Shown here one piece after another: positions 38,056 to 49,871 of a DNA stretch of 64,000 bases. The notes beneath the pieces were generated by a model. The model searched no databases and was not told the DNA's origin. It saw nothing but the letters and a program-made list of their open reading frames with translations. Positions within the stretch are counted from its first letter, which is position 1; the number at the start of each line of letters is the position of its first letter. The stretch is from positions 11,160,001 to 11,224,000 of the forward strand of contig NW_027361688.1 in the NCBI RefSeq assembly GCF_039654945.1. The letters run 5' to 3'. Origin of the DNA: Dendrobates tinctorius. Lineage: Eukaryota. A program made the position numbers and the translations under genes.

Positions 38056-38280
38056 AAAATCTTACCTCTCCAAACTCACACTGCTGCAGAGCTGCAACTC
38101 CAGTTGTCTTCACCGGGTCTACAAGTGATGACGTCCCATACATACAGTCACTTGAATACTAAGACTACTGACTGGTTGGATGGCCGAGAAATCATTGTCT
38201 CTAGTGGGCTGATGTCCTATCCATCAGTTTCCTGACTAAACTGACTAATCGTTCAAGCTTAATGCATACAGCTTTATTAC

Positions 38281-40422
38281 TAGAGATGAACGAACTTGTC
38301 GGAAAACGTTCACCAATCTCAAAGTTAGCACGAACCTTGCACATTCAGATTCGTGTTAGGATTCCTGAGCATTTTTCTCAAAATTGGCAAAATTCATCCA
38401 AAATTTGGTTTAATTAACTTAATGTGTGGAGATTCCGGCAGCCAATCAGAGAGCAGAAACCATCCAAAACTTCCAGGCACAAGGGCTTGTGTCATTTGCT
38501 GACCAAGTGACATGTCCCTCTTCATATAAAAAGCAGCAGATATGTAGCTTTGGAGCCGTTTTGTGAGTGTAAGGCTGTGTGCACATGGTGTGTTGTTTTG
38601 GACTTTCCTATGGTGTTTCCCACGCTGTCAACTGTGTGACAATGCGAGAAACACTGGCAGTTCTGATCAGCTGTGATGTTACCGCCGGTAAGATTGTTAA
38701 CATCAGTCAGAGCACTGCGGAGTCACGCTGTCAAATGTCAGCATGACCCCGCAGCTGTAACTGTGACCGTCGGTAAAAAGCTTACTGCCGGTCAGCAGGC
38801 GCTGGCTGATAAGAGACTACTACTCCCATCAGCCTACGCCTGCTGTCACTGATATACTCACCTTAACGCCTAATTCCCGATGCCTATGTCACCTGGAAAA
38901 GAGAAAAAATAATATACCATCCTATCCCTCAACTACACGGCATAATCCATAATGTCCCAAGAGGATTCAGATCACATGTAGAGTAGTCACATCAGCTAAT
39001 GCGGCTGCTTTACCCCGAAGCCGGCGACTCACTGAGGAGCATTTAATCACTCCTGCAATGATTAGTACTGAGCTGCCCTAAGTGAACTCTGGTGAACTTT
39101 CTCACCTCAGCTCAGTGCTACACGCTGCAGGAGTGATTACACTTTCCTGTTAGTGTGTCGCCGGCTGCCAGGACACACATCAGGATCGTTGTGGGACATT
39201 ATGGATTATCTCTTCACTTTGGACAAGTGAAGAATATGGTTGTTTATTATTTTAATTCATTTGCATGGGACATTGGCTTCAGTGGACTGGATGATGACGT
39301 GAGTATGGTTTACTTTAGAGTCAATAAAGGAGTCATTCTTTCAAATAAAGGATTTTATTCTGGCTGTGTGTTTATTTACAATACAACTATAGGATTAGTA
39401 AGGCCTGTTTCACACTTCAGTTTTTTTGTGTCAGTTAAAATCCGCCAAAATGGCGGAAAGCGGATCCGTTGCTAACTGATGTGAACAGATGCCACCGGAC
39501 CGTTTTTTTGACGGATCCGATGAATGAAGAATTTTAAAGGAACCACAGCCCGGGGGGGAGAGAGAGAGAATTGTTTTTTTTCCAGCCGTCAGAACAGACT
39601 TTCCGGGTGAGTGAAATCTTTCGGGCATGCGCAGTGTGAAGTGCGGATCCTGCCGGCCGAAAAAATGTTACATGCTCCGTTCGGGCATGTCGGCGGATGG
39701 CAAAATTTTGGAGGATCTGCAAAAAACGGATCCAACGGATGGCCATCCGTCAAGATCCGCCAGTAATGCAACTCAATGGGAAAAAAAACGGATCCGCAAA
39801 ACAAAATGGCGGATCCATTTTTTTGCAAAACGGCGGATCTTGACTGATGGACAAAAACTAAAGTGTGAAACAGGCCTAATGGGTCTTTGAGATGCCTTTC
39901 TATTACTAAGTTGTGGGCTTGATGTCACCTGACAATACAAAGGTGACATGAACCCCACAAATATGAACCCCACTTGCAACCGCTACATAATAAATGGGAA
40001 GAGCCAGACAAAGCGCCAGAATTGGCGCATCTAATAGATGTGCCTTTTCTGGGGCGGCTGTGGGCTGCTATGTTTAGTTTGGGGGGAGGGTAATATCTAT
40101 GGCTCCTTACCAGCCTGAGAATACCAGCCCCATCTGTCAGCTTTAGCTTGGCTGGTTGTCAAAAATTGAGGGGATCCCACGCCGTTTTTTTAAATGATTT
40201 TTTAAACTATAGCGCAATTGATAGGTCAATTGATGCCACTTTTCCTGGTGTCTACCCCTAATTTGAGTTGTTTTGGCAACTTTTGCCCCCTCCCTCCCGA
40301 AGGTGTCTATGCATTTGGTTTTCCTTTCCATTGTACTCAATGCTGTTCGGTAATGTTCGGCAAACATCGGGAAGTTTGGAGAACATAGCCGAACTGAACC
40401 TTAAGAGGCTCCCTCATCTGTC
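38281..40422. mobile_element. Old hAT-like non-autonomous element
   Basis: tagagatgaacgaac... / ...gctccctcatctgtc termini with subterminal cgaac/gttcg motifs. TSD is only approximate. Confidence 0.45.
39402..39876. mobile_element. Harbinger-like MITE
   Basis: TIR ggcctgtttcacactt / aagtgtgaaacaggcc with TAA duplicated (39399-39401 and 39877-39879). Many cggatccg motifs. Confidence 0.88.
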
Positions 40423-41089
40423 TTTTATTCGTTTTATGTATATGCTGTATACAGTAACCTCTTGCGCTCCCCCTAGTGGATATTGTTTTCTGTTTTTTAC
40501 TTTTTATCTATTTAGGATGCAAATTTATTCAATTGATCCCAGCACCGTTGACATGAATGTAAGATAAAGTTTTTGTCATCTGTGTAAGTTGTAATTAAGA
40601 GATAAGACCACAAAGTCTATATTATTACAGCGATTTATTATACCATTAACACAAAGCACGACATCATAATAATATCATACAACCCTCTAATGACTTTCTG
40701 CTGAGCGAAAACGGAATAATACCACTGGGTATACACGGCGCAGATGAATCTAGTATTTAGTGCCAAGCAGCGAGCGTTTCATAAAATAACATCTGCGGCT
40801 ACGAGTAGGAATCACAGCTAAATCTATGTACATCGTTCTTTAGCAAAAATAAAATTAGATTTTTCAAAATAATGAGACTTAAAAAGCGCCGTCCGGTCAT
40901 CTGCTGGTCAATCTTACTCAATGGGGTTGTGATTTGTTGACTCCAGTCACTGGCAGCAAGCAGAGATCTTGAAAATGGTAAGAAACTGAACAGCGATGTT
41001 ACGTTGTTGCAGACCCACTCACAAGATAGGATCTAAATGTGTGATCACCGGGGATCTGACTAGTGGGACCCAAACCGATCCCGAGAACA

Positions 41090-42100
41090 GAGCTCCCAAA
41101 GTCTCCTGTGCATTGATTCAGTCACCGCTCTCTTTACTCTAAAAAGGGCGATCACTTCTATGGGGCCAATCCCAAAAATGGGGTTCCGGAAGTCTCCTGT
41201 ATGCATGAAGTAGTGGTGCCCTGTGTGGATGGAGCAGTGGTGCACATACTTGACCACCCTCCATTCTTTTCTATGGGGCCGAACCCAAGAATAAGGATCC
41301 TGAAGTCTCCTGTGTGGAAGGAACAGTGGTGTGCATGCCTGACCACCTTCCATTAACTTCTATGGTTCAGTCCAAATCATGGAGTTCCTGAAATCTCCTC
41401 CTGTGTAGATAACAGTTGTGGTGTGCATGCTTGACCCCCCCTCCTTTAACTTCTATGGGACCAATCCCAAGAATGGGGTTCCTGAAGTCTCCATTCACTT
41501 CTATGGAACTGAAACCAAGAATAAGGTTTCAGAAGTTCCCTGTGTGCATAAAGTAGTGGAGAGCATGCTTGGCCAACTCTATTCACTTCTATGTTTCCGA
41601 TCCCAAGAATGGGACGTCTGAAGTCTCCCGTGTGAAAAGAGTTGTGATGTGTATGCTTGGCCACCCTCAATTTACTTCTATGGGTCCAATCCAAATAATG
41701 GGGATCCTAAAGTCCCGTGTGTGCATACAGTGATGGTGCGCATACTTTACCACCTTCCATTCACTTCTAAGAAGCCAAACCCAAGAACGGTGCTTCTAAA
41801 AGCCCTTGTGTGAATACAATGATGGTGTGCATGCTTGACCACCTTCCATTCACATTTTTGGAGCCAAACCCAAGAACAGGGCTCCTAAAGCCCCCGTGTG
41901 AATTCAAAGATGGTGCGAATGCTTGACCACCTTTTCCATTCACTTCTTTGAAGCCAAACTGAAAAACAGGGCTCTTAAAACCCCCTGTGTGAATACAATG
42001 ATAGTGCACATGCTTGACCACCTTCCATTTACTTCTATGGGCCAAACTCAAAAATGGAGTTCCTGAGGTCTCCTGTATGAATGGAGCAGTGATGACCACT
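41090..42100. repeat. Degenerate tandem repeat, ~88-bp unit
   Basis: gcatgcttgaccaccttccattcacttctatggg...cccaagaatggggttcctgaagtctcc recurs about 11 times. Confidence 0.85.
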
Positions 42101-43585
42101 ACATTCACATACGGTCGACATTAGGACCAATGGTGCTGTCGTATCCCCAGCGATTATATATTTATCATCTATCATGTGGCATAAAGTGGAAAAACCCCTT
42201 TAATTAACAAACATTTTTATTACATAAAACTGGAAGACCCCTTTAAAATCCTGATGTCTACAGCTGCAGGGCGTGTTTTTCCTGGAGGTATAGAAAATGG
42301 ACGGAGTTATAGATTTTCAATTTTCTCTTAGGGCCTATGAACCATAAATGCACAGAAAAATTTGTCCTGACTTAGAAAATAGAATATTAGTATTAAGAAA
42401 CGGCGCCACCCTTCTTCATGGGCTATGTCTGGTAATGCAGGTCATCCCTATTCAAGTGAATGAGATTAAGCTCCCTTTCCAGGCACATCCTATGGACAAG
42501 GGTGGCGCCGTTTCTGGAAAAATAGAGGCAAAAAATAAAAATTCCGGTCACCCCCATTAACATAAATCAATGCTCTTGAGAGGTCTGTCTGGTGGCTGTA
42601 GGTTAAGGCATTTTATTTGGGGCGCCCATGATCACCTTTTTTAATTTTTATTTTTTAAATAATGCCCAAGACAAGGTAATAATATTTACCCCCAAATTTT
42701 TGAAAGTGTAGTTACTCTTTACATTTTTGTTAGAAATAACAAAGCTCCAAGATAGGGGAACGGTGATGTAACTTGACCCCTCACTGGTAACAAAGCTCCA
42801 AGATAGTGGAACAGTGATGTAACTTGACCCCTCACTGCAAAATCTACAACAGTGCCCCCAACTATAACAGGCATTGGCCTATTATTTAGAACCAAAATGG
42901 CTTTTTGGCGCCCCCCCCCCTAGGAGCCAGGTCTTTGGCGCAACTGGAGTCCACTCCACCCACTATAGTTACGCTCTTAGAGAGGGTTAGAAAAACTAGT
43001 ACAAATTTTGGTGTTACCAACGGCAGCCAATCATGTCGTAGCCTTCCTTCTGCCACTTAAAAATGACTAGCAGCCACCCCATGGGGGCAACTATTTAATT
43101 TTTCTAAGCACAATTTTTTTTTGTTTTGTTTTTTTTAATTCCCTCCAATGGGTTTTGGCCATGATATAAGGCAGTCATTTTCACATGGTTGACCTTGTAC
43201 AACAGTGATCCACATTCATATCGGTTTAGAAGTTCAGGTTAGTTAAGTTGTACCAAAAATTTGTAAAAAATTTAAAATTAGGCCCATTATTTGACCGAAA
43301 AGTAAAAAATAAAGCACATTTTATAATTCCAACGATGATTTGTTTTGATAGGGATGCTGTACACACTAATTTTTGTAGGTTGATTGGATAATTACAGGGA
43401 TCAACTGTTTCGGTAGTGATGCTGATCTTCGTAGGTGTGAGGAGAGAGGCAAAATAAAAGGTTTGGAAGACCCTATGGACCAAGAGGCCGGAAGGTAGAA
43501 CATATTTAGAGTCACAATATTAGGGTTTATAAGACAGGTCAGGAATGATGTGATTACTGATGGAAAGAGAAGATTCTGATGTCAC

Positions 43586-43725
43586 TTAGAACCAGAATTC
43601 TGATACAAATATGTTGACGTTGACGATGTTCTTGTGGGACACCACTCCACCCATGACGTAGCTCATCTCCAGCTTCAGGACGGTATGGAATGGACCTACG
43701 ATGGGTTTAACTTGACGCACGACAC
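43586..43725 (-). CDS. FBLN1: Fibulin-1D terminal exon (coding part)
   Basis: acccag| acceptor. Encodes (G)[45 protein letters not shown], the fibulin-1D C-terminus (recalled human ...VSEYWF). Confidence 0.95.
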
Positions 43726-44399
43726 CTGGGTAAGGAGAGGAGAAAAAAAAAAGCTGGTGATTTAAGAAGGTCTGTTGTCGGAGAAAATGAGTCCATGTAA
43801 AATGCATAGGCAGATTTTCAGGGCATCTTCCAAATGGATCTGTTGAGGCTGAGGAATCATTTACTCGGAGAATGTTCCACAATTCTTTCTTAATGGTGAG
43901 ACGTGAACCAATTTTTTTTTTTTAATTAAAGTCAAACGTTCCTAGAATCTTTGACCCGAGGTTGGCCATAGTTGAGAGGTTGGCCATTAGAACATGGCCA
44001 ACGCTGCCATTCTAAGGTTCTAGAATTACAGGCCAAAAATAATGTTGTTCTTAATTGGAGATATCCTTAACACCCAATTAACAGGGTCTGGTTAAACTCC
44101 ACACTCACTACGTTCAAGTTCTGATAAAGTCTGGAAGAACTGGTAGTCCCCATGCTAATGAGATGATTTAGCGAGAGCCATTAGTGTGGTGACTTCTTCA
44201 AACATTTTCCACTGCCTAGTTGAGATAAATGTGGGGGCTAATTGTAAAGCAATTGATTTGGAGCAGAGGGTGACAGTACGGTATATATTGTACTCTAATT
44301 GCAAAAATGAAGACTCCAAAGATTAAATAAAGGAACACTTCACTTTTCTACAACAATACATATGGCTCATTACAATATATCAGAGCTGTTAGACAGAAT

Positions 44400-45550
44400 G
44401 TGGGAAGTGGGGGTGTATTTGTCTCTCTACAGGAAGTGGGGGCGGGTCTTTGTCTCAATAGCAGGAAGTGGGGGGCGGGTCTTTGTATCTCTACAGGAAG
44501 TGGGGGCGGGTCTTTGTCACTCTACAGGAAGTGAGGGGCAGGTTTTTGTCTCTCTACAGTAAGTGGGAGTGGGTCTGTTTCCTCACAAAGTTGGGACTGG
44601 TGTTTGTCTCCCTACAGGAAGTGGAGGCAGGTTTACGCCTCTCTACAAGAAGAGTGGTCTAGTTTTTGTCTCCCTACAGTATGTGTGGGTGGGTCTTTGT
44701 CTTTATACAGAAAGTGTGGGTGGGTCTTTGTCTTTCTACAGGCAGTGGGGTTGGGTTTTTGTCTCTCTACAGGAAGTGGGGGGGTGTCTTTGTCTTTGTA
44801 CAGGAAGTGGGGTTGGGTCTTTGTCTTTCTACAGGAAGTGGGGGGTGTCTTTGTCTTTGTACAGGAAGTGGGGTTGGGTCTTTGTCTTTCTACAGGAAGT
44901 GGGGTGGGTCTGTTTCCACACAAAGTGGGGACGGGTGTTTGCCTTCCTACACGAGTGGAGACAGGTCTATGTCTCTTGACAAGAAGAGTGGGCTGGTCAT
45001 TGTCTCGCTACAGTAAGTGGAGGCGGGTGTTTATTTCTACATAAAGTGGGAGTGGGTCTTTGTCTCTATACATAAAGTGGGGGTGGGTCTTTGTCTCTAC
45101 ATAAAGTGGGAGTGGGTCTTTGTCTCTCTACATAAAGTGGGGGTGGGTCTTTGTCTCTCTACATAAAGTCGGGATGGGTCTTTGTCTCTCTACATGAAGT
45201 GTGGGCTGGTTTTCGTCTCTACAGGAAGTGAAGATGGGTCTTTGTCTACAGGAAGTGTGGGCGTGTCTTTGTCTTTCTACAGGAAATGGGGTTGGGATTT
45301 TGTCTTTCTACGGGAAGTGGGGGTGGGTCTTTGCTTCCACATAAAGTGGTAATGGGGGTTTATCTCTACATGAAATGGGGATGTCCTTTTGTCTTGCTAC
45401 AGGAAGTGGGGGTGGGTCTTTGCCTCTCGACAGGAATTGGAGGTGTGTATTTGTCTCTCTAGAGGAAGTGGAAGCGGGTTTTTGCTCTCCACAGGAAATG
45501 TAGGTGGTTCTTTGTCTCTCTACAGATAGTGGGGTGGATTTTTGTTTTTC
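44400..45550. repeat. G-rich minisatellite, ~31-bp unit (ctacaggaagtgggggcgggtctttgtctct)
   Basis: About 35 degenerate copies within the last FBLN1-D intron. Confidence 0.92.
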
Positions 45551-45826
45551 TGCTCCTATTATCTTTCTATTAAACTGAATACAAGCAGAACAGAGACTAA
45601 AACTTTCAGTTCAGGGCTGTAATGTATAATAATTAGATCTGTCTCTTTAAGCAAGCCAGACTTATGGGACTTGGGGGGTGGAGACAAGAAGGATGAGAAG
45701 GGAAGTTTCACTTTCACTTCTGGTAGCATGGGAATGCAACTGTTATGCTGTGTGCTGGAGGACGAAGAATAAAACATATCTAAAGTTTAATACCTTGAAT
45801 TCTTCATAACGTGTGGATATTACAAC

Positions 45827-45844
45827 TGGCGACGAGGATGGGAT
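45827..45844 (+). other. Primer binding site, tRNA-Ser(GCT)
   Basis: TGGCGACGAGGATGGGAT is an 18/18 complement to the recalled vertebrate tRNA-Ser(GCT) 3' end ATCCCATCCTCGTCGCCA. Confidence 0.88.
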
Positions 45845-45917
45845 ATAATCACCTACTGCTGTGAGTACGGACTCTATTTTACCGCTTCACACGCCAGCAC
45901 CACTGAGAGACTCTATC

Positions 45918-48900
45918 ATGGCTGACTACTTGCACACATTCCCACAGTTTGATATGACTGATGTCATTAATCTCTCCCATAACTGGAGAAAATGGCTAAA
46001 CAGATTTGAGAATTTCCTAGAAGCCATGGACATAAAGGAGGAGAAAAGAAAGAGAGCTTTGCTCCTGCATTGTGCAGGCACAGGAGTCTATGACATATAC
46101 AGTACGTTACCTGCAGCAGAAACAGACACATACAACAACTGCACTAAAGCTCTCACTGGCTACTTCAACCCCAAACAGAACATCAGATATGAAAGATATA
46201 AATTCAGGATTGCCAAGCAGCTTCCAGAAGAGTCCATAGACACTTATGTCACACGGCTGAAAGAGTTAGCACATGGATGTGCCTTTACAGATGTAGATGA
46301 TGAAATCCTAACTCAAATAATTGCCACCTGCTCGTCTAATAACCTAAGGCGTAAGGCTCTGCAGCAGGATATCTCTCTACATGATTTGCTCAAAATGGCC
46401 CGTGCTATAGAAATAGCAGATCATCAGGCTACCGTAATGGAGAATGGGGATAAATTACATGTGCATAATCTCAAACAGAAAAATTTACCAGACAAACAAG
46501 CCCAGAAACAGAAGAAATGTTATAGATGTGGACAGGATTTCCCTCACCACCAGAACAAATGTCCAGCTATGGGACAAACCTGCAGTAAATGTGGAAAAGG
46601 GAATCATTTTGCAGCTGTTTGCAAATCAGCGCACTACAAGCCTCCGCTGCCTATGACAAAATCTGCAGAGGTAAAAGTGATAAATCAGGACACAGAAGAA
46701 ATGTCTGCGACTGAGAACTATGTGTTCACTACCTCTGTCACTGGTTCAGTACAGTCTCCCTGTGTTACACTCTCAATCTGCAACACTGACATTACCTTTA
46801 CAATAGATACAGGAGCTTCAGTGGATATCATAGATGGCACTACATATGAACAATTGAAAACAAGGCCAGTCTTACAACAAGTGCAGACTAAAATCTTTCC
46901 TTATGGATCTAAAACACCTCTAGCTATAATGGGACAATTTGATGCTGAAATTAGATATAAAGAAAACAGGCAGAAAACCACTTTCCACACATTACAAGGA
47001 TCGGGAGGCTGTCTTCTCAGCTATCACACTGCCTTGGAGCTAGGGCTCATCCAGGTTATTCATACCATAACTGACCCTGCGGATATGGATGTACAAACTA
47101 TGGTGAACAGCTTTCCCTCCCTATTTAGTGGTTTGGGAAAACTAAAGGACTCTCAAGTACACCTTCATGTGGATGACAATGTTCATCCAGTAGCCCAGCC
47201 TCACAGGCGTATTCCATTTCACCTGAGACAGAAGGTAGAAAAAGAACTCCAATTGCTCATGGATGAGGACGTTATTGAAACTGTTACTGGTCCCACTCCG
47301 TGGGTCTCTCCACTTGTGGTAGTTCCAAAACCAAAGACTCCTGATCAAGTGAGACTGTGTGTTGACATGCGCCTGCCCAACACCGCTATACAGAGGGAAA
47401 GACATATCTCACCTACGATTGATGACATTATTCATTTATTAAATGGAGCCACCGTCTTCTCAAAGCTCGACCTCAATAAGGGATATCATCAATTAGAACT
47501 GAGTCCAGAGTCCCGATACTTGACCACATTTTCCACCCATGTGGGCCTCAGAAGATACAAAAGATTGACTTTTGGAGTCTGCTCAGCAGCAGAAATTTTT
47601 CAGGATGCAATAAGGAGTGTCATTCAACACATCCCAAATGCCTTTAATTACAGTGATGACATAATGGTTTTTGGTAAAACTCAAGCTGAGCATAATCGTG
47701 CTCTATATGCTACCTTCGAATGCCTGCTTTCTGCTGGACTCACTTTAAACAAAGAGAAGTGCGAGTTTGACAAGGGTTCATTAGAATTCTATGGTCACAT
47801 CTTCTCGGCAAAAGGAGTACAACCAGACCCCAAGAAAGTGGAAGCTATCAGAACAGCCTCAATTCCACAGGATGCCAGTGAAGTGCGTTCTTTCCTTGGA
47901 ATGGCAAGTTACTGTGCTAGATATATTCCGAATTTTTCAACAATCAGCAATCCACTACGGGAACTTACAAAACAAAGTTGTATTTTTCAATGGTCTCAAG
48001 ACTGTCAGGCCTCTTTTGAAACAATTAAAAATGAACTCTGCTCGACAACCACTATGACTTATTTTGATCCAGCTCTTCGAACTGAACTGATTGTGGACGC
48101 CAGTCCCGTGGGACTGGGTGCTATTCTAGCGCAGTACAAGGATAACAATCAAAATCCTCACATCATTTCTTATGCAAGTAAGAGCTTAACAAACACTGAA
48201 AGAAAATATTCTCAACCTGAAAAAGAAAGTTTGGCAGTTGTCTGGGGATGTGAACACTTTCACTTATTTCTCTATGGAGCTCTCTTCACCATTGTCACAG
48301 ATCATCAAGCACTTCTTACGATTTTTGGAAATCCCAGAGCTAAAATGCCTGCACGAATTGAACGATGGGGCCTACGTCTACAGGACTACAACTATAAAAT
48401 TGTTCACAAACCTGGAAAATACAGCAATCCGGCTGATTATCTTTCAAGACATCCTACTAATGATGATATACCTGTGCATTCCTCCATTGAAGAATACCTA
48501 CGTTTTGTTACAGATCATGCCGTGCCAAAAGCACTTTCTCTTGATCAATTTATAAATGAAACAACAAAAGACAAGACACTCTGTGCCCTAATACAAATCA
48601 TCCAAAATCGAAGGTGGCATGAAATTCAAAAGGAAAAATTTCCTGATTCTGAGATTGATCTGAAAGAGTTAAAACTATTCTCAAACGTACGTGAGGAATT
48701 ATCAGTCACTGAAGAACACCTCATTCTTCGAGGTACCAAACTAGTTGTACCTAAGACTTTGCGTAACTTAGTCATACAGATAGCACATGAAGGTCATTTA
48801 GGAATTGTTGGCACAAAGAAGTTACTCCGAGAAAAAGTGTGGTTCCCAAACATGGATCACTTGGTGGAAGAAAAGATTAGACGCTGTTCTACTTGTCAAT

Positions 48901-49871
48901 TAATCACTCCATCATCAAACTTAGAGCCATTACAAATGTCTCCGTTACCCACTGCTGTCTGGGAGGAAGTGGCAGTCGATATATATGGACCATTGCCAAA
49001 TGGCCAATACATTCTCGTAACAATTGATGAATATTCTCGATACCCTATCATTTCATTTATCTCTTCAACATCTGCTAATAATGTCATACCAGAGCTGGAC
49101 GACATTTTCTCGGCATATGGTATTCCAAGAGTGGTCAAAACAGACAATGGACCTCCATTCAATGGACATGTGTTTACACAATTTTCTGAATATTTGGGAT
49201 TCAATCACAGGAAAATCACACCTTGCTGGCCGCAAGCCAATGGAATTGTGGAACATTTTATGCGTACTCTGGGGAAACGTATCAAGGCAGCGAGTCTGGA
49301 GCACATCCCACTGAAACAGTCATTATACAAATTCATGCGTAATTACCGCAATACGCCACACTCCACTACTAATGCTGCTCCAGCTCATTTAATGTTCAGC
49401 AGAACCCTGCGTATACGTCTCCCTGATGTGACCAGCCATCCCCGACCGAGTGACTCCTCAGTGAGATCCACAGATTTCTCCAACAAACAAGCCATGAAAC
49501 GTTATGCAGACAGAAGGCGAAGGACACAGTCAAGTGCCATCGAAAGAGGGGATGTCGTGGTGGTACGTCAAAGACCAACCAACAAGACCTCACCTGTATA
49601 TGGTCCTGCAAAATATTATGTTACTAAAAGGAAAGGCAGCATGATCACAGCTGAACGAGATGGACACTCCATAACGCGAAATTCTTCATATTTTAAAGTC
49701 ATACCGCAGAATGATGACAATGAACTCTCTTTGGTGGAAGATTTGGTATCTGATGGTGGAGAGGACCAACAAGAGGTAGCTGGTCCATCAATAATGAACC
49801 CTCTCAATGAGCCCAGACGTTATCCTACACGAGAGAGAAGAGCTCCATCGAGGCTTATTGAAGAAGTGTAA
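45918..49871 (+). CDS. Single gag-pol polyprotein, 1317 aa from the first ATG
   Basis: Tandem Zn knuckle CYRC...H...CPAMGQTCSKCGKGNHFAAVC, protease IDTGAS, RT YSDD, RNase H VDASPVGLG, integrase HHCC plus D,D(35)E-type motifs (VDIYGP, TDNG, NGIVE). No stops or frameshifts. Confidence 0.95.
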   Translation: MADYLHTFPQFDMTDVINLSHNWRKWLNRFENFLEAMDIKEEKRKRALLLHCAGTGVYDIYSTLPAAETDTYNNCTKALTGYFNPKQNIRYERYKFRIAKQLPEESIDTYVTRLKELAHGCAFTDVDDEILTQIIATCSSNNLRRKALQQDISLHDLLKMARAIEIADHQATVMENGDKLHVHNLKQKNLPDKQAQKQKKCYRCGQDFPHHQNKCPAMGQTCSKCGKGNHFAAVCKSAHYKPPLPMTKSAEVKVINQDTEEMSATENYVFTTSVTGSVQSPCVTLSICNTDITFTIDTGASVDIIDGTTYEQLKTRPVLQQVQTKIFPYGSKTPLAIMGQFDAEIRYKENRQKTTFHTLQGSGGCLLSYHTALELGLIQVIHTITDPADMDVQTMVNSFPSLFSGLGKLKDSQVHLHVDDNVHPVAQPHRRIPFHLRQKVEKELQLLMDEDVIETVTGPTPWVSPLVVVPKPKTPDQVRLCVDMRLPNTAIQRERHISPTIDDIIHLLNGATVFSKLDLNKGYHQLELSPESRYLTTFSTHVGLRRYKRLTFGVCSAAEIFQDAIRSVIQHIPNAFNYSDDIMVFGKTQAEHNRALYATFECLLSAGLTLNKEKCEFDKGSLEFYGHIFSAKGVQPDPKKVEAIRTASIPQDASEVRSFLGMASYCARYIPNFSTISNPLRELTKQSCIFQWSQDCQASFETIKNELCSTTTMTYFDPALRTELIVDASPVGLGAILAQYKDNNQNPHIISYASKSLTNTERKYSQPEKESLAVVWGCEHFHLFLYGALFTIVTDHQALLTIFGNPRAKMPARIERWGLRLQDYNYKIVHKPGKYSNPADYLSRHPTNDDIPVHSSIEEYLRFVTDHAVPKALSLDQFINETTKDKTLCALIQIIQNRRWHEIQKEKFPDSEIDLKELKLFSNVREELSVTEEHLILRGTKLVVPKTLRNLVIQIAHEGHLGIVGTKKLLREKVWFPNMDHLVEEKIRRCSTCQLITPSSNLEPLQMSPLPTAVWEEVAVDIYGPLPNGQYILVTIDEYSRYPIISFISSTSANNVIPELDDIFSAYGIPRVVKTDNGPPFNGHVFTQFSEYLGFNHRKITPCWPQANGIVEHFMRTLGKRIKAASLEHIPLKQSLYKFMRNYRNTPHSTTNAAPAHLMFSRTLRIRLPDVTSHPRPSDSSVRSTDFSNKQAMKRYADRRRRTQSSAIERGDVVVVRQRPTNKTSPVYGPAKYYVTKRKGSMITAERDGHSITRNSSYFKVIPQNDDNELSLVEDLVSDGGEDQQEVAGPSIMNPLNEPRRYPTRERRAPSRLIEEV

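Noticed and set aside
45861-45917. GTG-initiated N-terminal extension of the gag-pol ORF
   Set aside because: The ORF track allows alternative starts. The first ATG in good context (atcATGg, 45918) is the more likely eukaryotic start.
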